Source of the DNA: Calditrichaceae bacterium
Lineage (GTDB): Bacteria > Calditrichota > Calditrichia > Calditrichales > JBFXGD01
Assembly (NCBI GenBank): GCA_050178385.1
Contig: JBFXGD010000007.1
Span: 1 to 47,270 of the forward strand
Reading direction: 5' to 3'
DNA length: 47,270 bases
This document shows, piece by piece, positions 39,049 through 47,270 of the stretch. The translations under genes were made by a program, and so were the position numbers. Below the pieces are notes generated by a model, which saw only the letters and a program-made list of their open reading frames with translations, did not search any database and was not told the DNA's origin. Positions within the stretch are counted from its first letter, which is position 1; every line of letters starts with the position of its first letter.

Positions 39049-40443
39049 TTACATATGAACAGCTTCACCATCGGCGTCTCCCGCTGCTTCCATAATCATT
39101 TCTGAAAGTGTGGGATGCGCGTGCATGGTTTTGCTCAATTCGACCGGAGTCGCCTCCAGTGCCTTCGCCATTCCGAGTTCGGCAATTAATTCAGTGGCTT
39201 CCGTGCCTATAATATGAGCACCCAGAAGCTCGCCGTATTTTTTATCAAATATTAGTTTTACCATCCCCTCCCGGGCGCCTATGGCGCGGGCTTTTCCGGA
39301 AGCGGAGTAAGGGAACCGGCCAATTTTTAATTCATAGCCGGCTTCTTTTGCTTTTTCTTCCGTCATACCGATACTGGCAACCTGTGGTTGACAATAGGTA
39401 CAACCGGGTACACTGTTATAATCAACTTTATGCGGATTTTTACCCGCGATTTTTTCGACACAAACAATGCCCTCATGCGAGGCAACGTGGGCCAGCAAAG
39501 GCGGACCGATAATATCACCGATGGCGTACACACCCTTGACGCTTGTTTCATACCACTCGTTTACCTTAATAAAACCGCGCTCCTGCTTTACACCGACCGC
39601 ATCCAGATTCAGATTTTCAACATTTCCCTGAATACCGATTGCCATAAGCGCCTTGTCGGCCTTAAGTACTTCGGTTTTACCATCCGCGGAGATTGTAACT
39701 TCAACACCCTTCGCAGATTTTTTCAATGACTCGACCTTTGTTGACAAGTGTGTTTTAATTCCGTACTTCTTGAACGATTTTTCAAGAATTGCCGTTATTT
39801 CTTTATCTTCGATCGGCAGAAGAGTTCCAAGCATCTCTACGACTGTTACCTTGGTTCCGATGGTGTTATAGAAATAGGCGAATTCAACCCCGATTGCTCC
39901 CGCGCCGATGATCACCAGCGACTCGGGCTGTTTGTCCAGTGACATGGCTTCGCGGCTGCTGATTACCTTATCCCCATCGATTTCAACACCCGGAATGGTT
40001 CTTGGACGTCCGCCGGTAGCGATGATAACATTTTTGGCGCCGACTTCGGTTTTTTTGCCATCCTTATCGGTGACCTCGACCAAACCCGCTTTTTTAAGCT
40101 TACCTGTGCCGTATATTACATCGATTTTGTTCTTCTTCATCAGGAATTCGACACCCTTTGAATTGGTATCGGCAACCCTGCGGCTGCGCTTGATCACCGC
40201 CGGGAAATCCACTGTGACATTCTCGACTTTAAATCCGTGATCCTTTGCGTGTGTGATCTCTTCATACACTTCCGCGCTTTTCAACAAAGCCTTTGTCGGA
40301 ATACAGCCCCAGTTCAGACAGATACCGCCGAGCTTATCCCGTTCAATCAGAGCCGTTTTTAAATTTAGCTGCGCCGCCCGGATTGCCGTAACATAGCCGC
40401 CCGGACCCGAACCTATTATCAGTACATCATATTGCTGTGCCAT
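39049..40443 (-). CDS. lpdA: Dihydrolipoyl dehydrogenase
   Basis: GSGPGGY, GGICLNWGCIPTK, GAGAIGVE, HAHPTLSE; GGAG RBS before 40443. Confidence 0.96.
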   Translation of the reverse strand: MAQQYDVLIIGSGPGGYVTAIRAAQLNLKTALIERDKLGGICLNWGCIPTKALLKSAEVYEEITHAKDHGFKVENVTVDFPAVIKRSRRVADTNSKGVEFLMKKNKIDVIYGTGKLKKAGLVEVTDKDGKKTEVGAKNVIIATGGRPRTIPGVEIDGDKVISSREAMSLDKQPESLVIIGAGAIGVEFAYFYNTIGTKVTVVEMLGTLLPIEDKEITAILEKSFKKYGIKTHLSTKVESLKKSAKGVEVTISADGKTEVLKADKALMAIGIQGNVENLNLDAVGVKQERGFIKVNEWYETSVKGVYAIGDIIGPPLLAHVASHEGIVCVEKIAGKNPHKVDYNSVPGCTYCQPQVASIGMTEEKAKEAGYELKIGRFPYSASGKARAIGAREGMVKLIFDKKYGELLGAHIIGTEATELIAELGMAKALEATPVELSKTMHAHPTLSEMIMEAAGDADGEAVHM

Positions 40444-40737
40444 ACTTTCTCCTGCTAATTGATTCACAATTTATCTATACACACAAGCCATTTGTTTATG
40501 GTTAGTTTGAGTTAAAATAGATTGATGTACGATAAATGTCAAGCGTAAGTTCCGGGAGTGTTTAAGGCAGTTTAGCACTGATACATCCTTGTTTTATTGT
40601 AATTGATTTTTTAAAAACGCAAATATTATATTAATATTCCCTTCTGTGAGAAAACTGTGTATTTTTTTGGAACGGATTAAAAATGAGCCTTTGGCGCTTA
40701 TATACTATTTCATTTTCATATCAACGGAAAGGTCTTT

Positions 40738-41271
40738 ATGAACTTACTTAAAGATAAAAGAATCTTAATGTTTGTGGATGAATTGTATGAAGACCTTGAG
40801 CTCTGGTATCCAAAACTGCGTCTTATCGAGGAAGGCGCGGAAGTGGTAGTAGCCGGACCGCTGGCCGGAAAAATTTACGGCGGAAAAAACGGATATCCTT
40901 GCAAGGCAGACGCGGCCATTGAAAAAATAAATGAATCAAATTTTGACGGCCTTGTTATCCCCGGCGGATTCGCGCCCGACAAACTTCGACGGATTCAGAA
41001 GGTCAGGGAATTAACCCGCGATTTTCATACCCACGGAAAACCGGTTGCCCATATCTGCCACGGTGGTTGGATACCCATTTCCGCTGGAATCATGAAAGGA
41101 TTTAAGTGCACTTCCACCCCTGGAATTAAGGATGATCTTGTGAATGCCGGCGCCGAATGGGTCGATGAAGCGGTGGTGACCGACCGCAATATGGTTTCAA
41201 GCCGCAGACCCGATGATTTGCCGGAATTTTGCAAAGCAATTATACAACTAATGAAAGTGACACCCGCGTAA
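40738..41271 (+). CDS. PfpI/DJ-1 family protein (type 1 glutamine amidotransferase-like)
   Basis: YEDLELWYP, PGGFAPDKLR, ICHGGW, SRRPDDL. Confidence 0.93.
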   Translation: MNLLKDKRILMFVDELYEDLELWYPKLRLIEEGAEVVVAGPLAGKIYGGKNGYPCKADAAIEKINESNFDGLVIPGGFAPDKLRRIQKVRELTRDFHTHGKPVAHICHGGWIPISAGIMKGFKCTSTPGIKDDLVNAGAEWVDEAVVTDRNMVSSRRPDDLPEFCKAIIQLMKVTPA

Positions 41272-41282
41272 ACGGATTAAAA

Positions 41283-41873
41283 ATGGCCAAAAAAAAATCA
41301 ATAAAACAAAATAGTTTTGAATGGGCGCTTATTTTGGGCATACCGGCTATTCTTTATCTGACCGGACTTCATACCGAAGTGATCGGCAGGATTCAGCAAG
41401 GCCTGTTATGGACAGGTCTGATCAGACCCGAAATTTCCATCCCGGTGGACAAACAGATCCAGGCAGATTATAATCTCGATCTGCTATCCCTTGACGGCAA
41501 CCTGGTTCATCTTTCTGATTATAAGGGAAAAGTCATTTTTCTAAACTTATGGGCAAGCTGGTGTCCTCCCTGCATCGCCGAAATGCCAAACATTTATGAC
41601 TTATATAAAAAAACGGATAAAGAGGAAGTTGTCTTTTTCATGGTCTCCCTTGATGATACTGCCGAAAAAGCAGCTAACTTTATTAAGAAATACGGTTATA
41701 CTTTTCCGGTATATCTTCCCGCGGGATCCATTCCCGATGTGTTTCGTTCTCCGACGATTCCCACGACTTATATTATCAGTCCCGACGGCAAAATTGTCAG
41801 TAAAAGAGAGGGCATGGCTCAATATGATACGCCGGCTTTCCGGAGTTTTCTGAAAGGATTGGCAAATCCTTAA
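41283..41873 (+). CDS. TlpA/ResA family thiol-disulfide oxidoreductase
   Basis: N-terminal TM; NLWASWCPPCIAEMP; IPTT. Confidence 0.93.
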   Translation: MAKKKSIKQNSFEWALILGIPAILYLTGLHTEVIGRIQQGLLWTGLIRPEISIPVDKQIQADYNLDLLSLDGNLVHLSDYKGKVIFLNLWASWCPPCIAEMPNIYDLYKKTDKEEVVFFMVSLDDTAEKAANFIKKYGYTFPVYLPAGSIPDVFRSPTIPTTYIISPDGKIVSKREGMAQYDTPAFRSFLKGLANP

Positions 41874-42046
41874 ATCAATCATGTTCTAAATGACGGGTTC
41901 AATATGCAGAACTATGTCGGAAAAAATGGTTGAAGACCGGTTGGTGATTCCGGAATTTTTTAATCCGTAAACCTGTTTTCCGCAATAGTGAAAATTGTAT
42001 GCCGAATTGTTTATAACCGTTATGAACTAAACTGAGAGGATATATC

Positions 42047-42451
42047 ATGAGTGAAGCAGCCAAACCGGAAGTCGGTATGATTGCATGGACCGACCTTACC
42101 GTAAAAAATGCCGAGAAGGTGAGAGATTTTTACAGCCAGGTTGTTGGCTGGAGCCCATCAGCCGTTCCGATGAACGGATATGAAGATTTTACCATGAATA
42201 CCCCCGAAAGCGGTATAACCACCGCCGGTATTTGCCATGCCCGGGGTGTCAATGCGGATCTGCCTCCGCAGTGGCTCATCTACATCACCGTCGAAAATGT
42301 GGATAAAAGCGCGGCGTTCTGTACCCAATTAGGGGGTAAAATCATACTGGAGCCCAAAAACATGGGCGGACACGGGCGTTTTTGTGTAATTCAGGATCCC
42401 GCCGGCGCCGTATGTGCCCTTTTCGCGCCCGCAATAGTGGAAAATTACTAA
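42047..42451 (+). CDS. VOC / glyoxalase family protein
   Basis: WTDL...FYSQVVGW, PQWLIYITV, GRFCVIQDPAGA. Confidence 0.9.
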   Translation: MSEAAKPEVGMIAWTDLTVKNAEKVRDFYSQVVGWSPSAVPMNGYEDFTMNTPESGITTAGICHARGVNADLPPQWLIYITVENVDKSAAFCTQLGGKIILEPKNMGGHGRFCVIQDPAGAVCALFAPAIVENY

Positions 42452-42490
42452 TCATCGTCAATTTAAATATTTAGCGACAGGGATCTCAGA

Positions 42491-43195
42491 ATGAATCAGA
42501 AATCCGCGTTTATCATAAGCGCTGCGGTTGTGTTGGCGGCGGTAATTCTCGGTATCTTTTTTTATTCAGCCAGGAGCAGCAGCGATACTATTCGTGTTAC
42601 CGGATACGCTACTGAAGATTTCGAGGCGGACATCGTTAAATGGAATTTTAAACTGAGTACCACCGTTTCGCTTGACCGCTTAACTCAAGGCTATGGTGAG
42701 ATGAGACAAAAACTTGTCCTTTTCAGAAAGATTTGGGACTCTAAAAACATACAGGTTGATGAATTTAATATTCAGCCGGTTCAGGTTCAGAAACAGTATG
42801 GAGAATATGGGAAGATCACCGGTAATATTCTTCAACAGGATATTTATATCGTCTCTAAAGAAATAGAAAAAATCGAAAAGATCGCAGTCAATCCGGTCGA
42901 GTTCACACAGAACGATCTTGCCTTTGAATATTCACAGATCGAATATTTTTCGACCCGACTTCCTGAATTAAAGAAACAGCTCCTGTCAATGGCGATGGTA
43001 AACGCGCGTGAACGGGCTGACGAAATTGTAAGCGCCGCAGATGGCAGCATCGAAAAACTCCGCTCCGCCTATTCGGGTGTTTTTCAAATTACCGAACCAT
43101 TCTCAACGGAAGTTTCAGGATACGGCATGTATAATACATCTTCCAGGAAAAAATCGATTAAGGTTACGGTTACGGCAACCTTTTCGCTTAAATGA
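42491..43195 (+). CDS. SIMPL (DUF541) domain protein
   Basis: N-terminal TM; TIRVTGYA, ARERA, GVFQIT, VTVTATF. Confidence 0.88.
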   Translation: MNQKSAFIISAAVVLAAVILGIFFYSARSSSDTIRVTGYATEDFEADIVKWNFKLSTTVSLDRLTQGYGEMRQKLVLFRKIWDSKNIQVDEFNIQPVQVQKQYGEYGKITGNILQQDIYIVSKEIEKIEKIAVNPVEFTQNDLAFEYSQIEYFSTRLPELKKQLLSMAMVNARERADEIVSAADGSIEKLRSAYSGVFQITEPFSTEVSGYGMYNTSSRKKSIKVTVTATFSLK

Positions 43196-43431
43196 GTGGT
43201 CCCGCTTTCTTATTTATCGAACAATGAGAATGGGATGTAAAGTAACACCGCCAGGATTTGATCGTATATATTTCTGATGAAAGACTATCCGGCCGGTAAT
43301 AAACCATGAAGATTTAAATTTATGCATAGTTGACTTTTCAGCCTGCCATAATTTGTTTTTCTTTACTTGAATTTTTTCCCCGTTAAACGTATCATGTTAT
43401 AATTATCCCCCACTTTGTAGGAGTATTGATC

Positions 43432-43980
43432 ATGGCGAATCAAACTATCCGCCTCAGCGAAGAGGCGGTATTAAACAAAACGGGAAAAACCTGGGATGAA
43501 TGGTTCCATATTCTTGATTCCGCAAAGGCTGACAAAATGAGCCATAAGGACATCGCCACATATTTGAACAGTTATCATGAGGTGGGTCCATGGTGGGCTC
43601 AAATGCTAACGGTTACCTATGAACAGGCGCGGGGAATGCGCAAACAGCATGAAAAACCGGATGGATTTTAAATCAGCAAAAGCAAAACGATCAGCGCCAC
43701 GCCTGGAAAATTATTTGATGCCTGAAAAAATCCTGAAATTCGATCTCAATGACTCCCGGGCGCATCTCCGGAAACAAGAACGGCTAACCCGTTTACGTCA
43801 CTTCGGATTCAATGGATCGACAGCCGGACCATTGTTATGGTAAATTTATATCCTCAAAAGAACGGAAAATGTCAGGTTGTCGTGCAGCATGGTAAACTGA
43901 GCAGTTCCGATGATGCCGAAAAAATGAAAGAATTTTGGACAGAACAACTTGAAAAACTGCAAAAAATCGTCGAGGAATAA
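43432..43980 (+). pseudogene. DUF4287-like / SRPBCC (AHSA1-like) protein gene interrupted by three in-frame stops
   Basis: One frame from ATG 43432 to TAA 43978-43980, with TAA 43669, TGA 43723 and TGA 43750; the downstream part reads as protein-like (VVVQHGKL...EFW). Confidence 0.8.
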
Positions 43981-44057
43981 ATTTATTCATCATATATTTC
44001 GACTGCTTCGATCGTTTTCAGACGCATGAATTCTGAATAAAGACTTAAGGGATCCAT

Positions 44058-44549
44058 TTGAATAATCATCTTAAGATATTGATTCTATACACACTAATAT
44101 TATTTTTATCAGGATTACTCATCCCGGGTTTCACCCCGGAGAAGCTTGATACGGATCTGCGCGGTCTGGAGTGGTTTTTGGGTGATTGGGAATCTGATGA
44201 CGGTAAAACTATCACAAGAGAAACCTGGAAAAAGGTGAGTCCAAAAACTTATGAAGGAAAAGGATTTACAGAGAATAAACTAACCCGTGAGATTTTAAAT
44301 TCGGAAACATTAAGATTAGCTGTCATGTCCGATGATATTTTTTATATCGCGGACGTATCTCATAATGAGTTTCCTGTCGCTTTTAGATTAACTGAATCCA
44401 CCGACAGTCTCGCTGTGTTTGAAAACAAGACACACGATTTTCCCAAAAAAATTGAATATAAATTGATCAGCATAGACAGCATGAATGTAAGCGTGAGCGC
44501 TGGAGACCAAGGATTTATTATCAGATTTGTACGAGTCGATGACCTTTAA
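44058..44549 (+). CDS. Exported DUF6265-like lipocalin-type protein
   Basis: LEWFLGDW, ETW, VFENKTHDFPKKIEY. Confidence 0.75.
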   Translation: MNNHLKILILYTLILFLSGLLIPGFTPEKLDTDLRGLEWFLGDWESDDGKTITRETWKKVSPKTYEGKGFTENKLTREILNSETLRLAVMSDDIFYIADVSHNEFPVAFRLTESTDSLAVFENKTHDFPKKIEYKLISIDSMNVSVSAGDQGFIIRFVRVDDL

Positions 44550-44668
44550 TAACTTTACATCTGAGATTCTGAAAATCTAATTTTAAACCCTTGATTCGAA
44601 AAATGCCTGCATCGAAAATACGATTTACTTTGAAATCTTACATTTTAAATGTAAGTTTGCCATCTGAT

Positions 44669-44689
44669 AATTGAGAATAATTATTAATT
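44669..44689. promoter_or_regulatory. Possible Fur-family box upstream of the sensor gene
   Basis: AAT-TGAGAAT-A-ATTATTA-ATT resembles the 7-1-7 TGATAATNATTATCA box, but the context is AT-rich. Confidence 0.35.
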
Positions 44690-44735
44690 TTTCCATATTG
44701 CGCAAGGATGCCGGGAATTTTTACGGGGGCCGGCT

Positions 44736-47270
44736 TTGAAGAATGATTTAAAATCCAAAAAACAATATCACAGAAATATAAACCCATCTCAAACCGAATC
44801 CGGACTGCCGGACACTAAACATAATCCGCCTAAAATAACAAATGAATCTTTTCAGCTTATTAACCGCGGCCTTAATATTCTGGGTGAATTCAATAAAGTT
44901 CTTATTCAGAATCTAAAGGAACCTGAACTATTATCCGAGATTTGCAGAATTCTCGTTGAAATCGGTCAATACCGCCTCGCCTGGGTCGGATACGCGGAGA
45001 AAAACAAACAGAAAAGCGTAAAACCGGCAGCGCAGTTTGGTTTCGAAGATGGTTATCTTAATTTGATCAACATTTCCTGGGCAGATACCAAAAAAGGCCA
45101 AGGCCCTGCCGGATCAGCCATCCGTAATTCAAAAATCACAGTTTCTCAGAATATTCTCAATGATAACCATTTCAAACCATGGCGCGAACAGGCTCTTGAA
45201 AGAGGTTATCAGTCATCCATTGCTCTTCCCCTCCTGGCCAATAATAAAGCATTTGGCGCATTAATCATTTATTCATCCAAGCCTGACGCGTTTAATGAAG
45301 ACGAAGTAAATCTCCTGGCCAGAATTACCTTGGATCTGGCTTTGAGCGTAAATGCCGCGCGGATCCGAAAATCACGACAATCCATGGCTGAGCGGTATCG
45401 TCTCCTGTTCGATAACAATCCGCACCCTATGTGGGTGTATGATATTGAGTCTTTAAAATTTCTGTCGGTTAATAACGCTGCCATTAAACATTATGGATAC
45501 AGCCTCGATGAATTCCTCAATATGACAATTAAAGATATCCGCCCCCCCGAAGAGATACCGGCGCTGCTTGAAAACATCAGGAAGATTTCAATCGGGATTG
45601 ATAAGGCGGGCATTTGGAAGCATAAGAAGAAAGACGGATCGTTAATTGATGTAGAAATCATTTCTCACACCACCGAATTTGAAGAAAAGAGAGCGGAAGT
45701 TGTACTGGTCAATGATGTAACCAAAAGAATTCTGACCGAATCAGAATTACAGGAATCAGAAAAGCGGTTTCGTTTATTAGTTGAATCAGCTCCAAGTATA
45801 TTGATGATTACCGATGAAAAGGGCCGTAATATATACGTCAGTCCCAATAGTGAGAAGATTACAGGATATTCGGAAAAGGACCTTCTCGGAAAAATGAAAT
45901 GGTGGGTTCACCCGGATGATTCCGATCGAAGTAAGATCATTTATGAAGAGGCATTCAAAGCGCATACGGCCGGAGCAAACTTTGAATATAAAGCAGCCAG
46001 AAAAAACGGGGATGTCTGGTATGCCTCCAGCTCCTGGCAACCAATAAAAGATGAAAAGGGCCGTTTTACAGGAACCGTTTTCCAGACGATCGATATTACT
46101 GACCGCAGACTGGCTGAAGATGCTTATCATGAAAGCCATGAGCATCACAGTCTTGTGCTAAACAACATCGATGAAATGATTTATCAGATGGAGCAGGATG
46201 AATCTGATCCCGAAAACGGCAACATTCTTTTTGTCAGCCCGAAAGTTGAAAATATTCTCGGTTATAAACCGGAAGACTTCTATAATAATTTTCATCTTTT
46301 AATTAATATCATGCATCCGGATGATGTAAAAAAATTTAGTGAGAATACGCGGCGTATTTTTAAAGATAAGAAGCCTCGAATCCGTTATTATCGTCTTCAA
46401 ATAAAAGGAAATAAAGAATATCGATTTATTGAAGACGGTGTCACTCCGCAAATTGATAAGAAAGGCCGGGTGATCGGATTTTTTGGCGTCGCGCGTGATA
46501 TTACCGATCGAAAAATGACTGAAGAGAAACTCCTTAAAAGTGAAGAACGATTCCGGCTCGCATTCCGGACAAGCCCTGACGCGATATCTATTACAACATT
46601 GAATAATGGGAAATATATCGATATAAATAAAGGATTTACAACTATTACAGGCTATACTCATAAAGAATTAATCGGCAAATCATCTATCGGTAAATTGTGG
46701 GATTCAGTCACTGATCGGAACAGGATGGCAGCCACGTTGAAATCTCATGGATATATTGATAATCTTGAAGCAAAATTCAGGATGAAGGATGGAAGTATCA
46801 GGATAGGACTTATGTCGGCCCGGATCATCGAGCTTGACGGTGAACAATGCGTTCTTTCCATTACAAGAGATATTACGGACTTCAATCAAATAAGGGATGC
46901 CCTGCGGGAGAGCGAAAAGCGGTACGAACTGGCCACAAACGCAGGGAATGTCGGTGTATGGGACTGGAATATTATAAGCGGTGAACTCTATATTGACCCA
47001 CACCTGAAAGCCATTCTTGGCTATAAAGACCATGAAATCAGTAATCGTGTCGAAGCATGGCAAAAACTCGATTATCCGGATGATCAGCCGGATGTATTGA
47101 CCGCGGTGAACGAGCACCTTTCAGGCAAATCCCATATTTATCAGATTGCCCACAGAATGGTCCATAAAAACGGGGAGCTCAGATGGTTTCTCTCCAGAGG
47201 AAATACCCTGCGTGATGAAAATGGAAAAGCTTCCCGGATGGTCGGTACCGAAACCGATATAACTGAAAAC
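44736..47270 (+). CDS. GAF plus multiple-PAS sensor protein (probable histidine kinase or cyclase); partial, runs off the window and is missing from the ORF track
   Basis: Frame from TTG 44736: GAF (YRLAWVGYA, GQGPAGSAIR, SSIALPL), then about five PAS repeats (YRLLFDNNPHPMWVYD, WWVHPDD, HPDD, RDITDRK, GVWDWN). Continuity spot-checked only. Confidence 0.85.
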   Translation, partial: MKNDLKSKKQYHRNINPSQTESGLPDTKHNPPKITNESFQLINRGLNILGEFNKVLIQNLKEPELLSEICRILVEIGQYRLAWVGYAEKNKQKSVKPAAQFGFEDGYLNLINISWADTKKGQGPAGSAIRNSKITVSQNILNDNHFKPWREQALERGYQSSIALPLLANNKAFGALIIYSSKPDAFNEDEVNLLARITLDLALSVNAARIRKSRQSMAERYRLLFDNNPHPMWVYDIESLKFLSVNNAAIKHYGYSLDEFLNMTIKDIRPPEEIPALLENIRKISIGIDKAGIWKHKKKDGSLIDVEIISHTTEFEEKRAEVVLVNDVTKRILTESELQESEKRFRLLVESAPSILMITDEKGRNIYVSPNSEKITGYSEKDLLGKMKWWVHPDDSDRSKIIYEEAFKAHTAGANFEYKAARKNGDVWYASSSWQPIKDEKGRFTGTVFQTIDITDRRLAEDAYHESHEHHSLVLNNIDEMIYQMEQDESDPENGNILFVSPKVENILGYKPEDFYNNFHLLINIMHPDDVKKFSENTRRIFKDKKPRIRYYRLQIKGNKEYRFIEDGVTPQIDKKGRVIGFFGVARDITDRKMTEEKLLKSEERFRLAFRTSPDAISITTLNNGKYIDINKGFTTITGYTHKELIGKSSIGKLWDSVTDRNRMAATLKSHGYIDNLEAKFRMKDGSIRIGLMSARIIELDGEQCVLSITRDITDFNQIRDALRESEKRYELATNAGNVGVWDWNIISGELYIDPHLKAILGYKDHEISNRVEAWQKLDYPDDQPDVLTAVNEHLSGKSHIYQIAHRMVHKNGELRWFLSRGNTLRDENGKASRMVGTETDITEN

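Noticed and set aside
43669..43752. UGA recoding (Sec or Trp genetic code) in the SRPBCC-like gene
   Set aside because: A TAA precedes the TGAs, no SECIS-like hairpin was seen, TGG is used for Trp in the same gene, and UGA terminates normal genes in this window.
45269..47117. Minus-strand ORFs of 60-137 aa
   Set aside because: Antisense shadows of the long plus-strand PAS sensor; the same applies to the many short overlapping ORFs elsewhere in the track.

Overview
Bacterial chromosomal window using the standard code (UGA also ends ordinary genes, e.g. at 385, 2412 and 26114). Gene content suggests a diderm anaerobe, possibly Calditrichota/FCB-like, which is an impression only. Left part: a structured leader RNA cut by the window edge, a prkA(yeaG)-yeaH-spoVR operon, DUF72, an MFS transporter, GtrA and GT-C glycosylation genes, mqnD and a split transketolase. 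The highlight is a ~10 kb minus-strand operon (23382 to 13339) behind a perfect sigma54 promoter with an IHF site and palindromic enhancer sites. It encodes, in order: a tandem-rhodanese lipoprotein; a multiheme lipoprotein that the ORF track splits at an in-frame UGA followed by a SECIS-like hairpin (predicted selenoprotein, GEG-U-GGE); an outer-membrane porin; a 12-heme periplasmic cytochrome; two CbcL-like multiheme-c/cytochrome-b fusions (11 and 19 hemes); and a small 3-4 heme lipoprotein. Together these look like a quinol-to-cell-surface conduit for sulfur/selenium chemistry. Next comes a TrmB-associated tricarboxylate cluster (citryl-CoA lyase-like, HD variant, IDH/IPMDH family, PrpD, divergent citF) containing a heptamer-repeat spacer. 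The right part has housekeeping and redox genes, a pseudogene with three nonsense codons, and a GAF/multi-PAS sensor running off the edge. No rRNA, tRNA, CRISPR or transposase was seen. All calls come from motif reading; no database searches were run.
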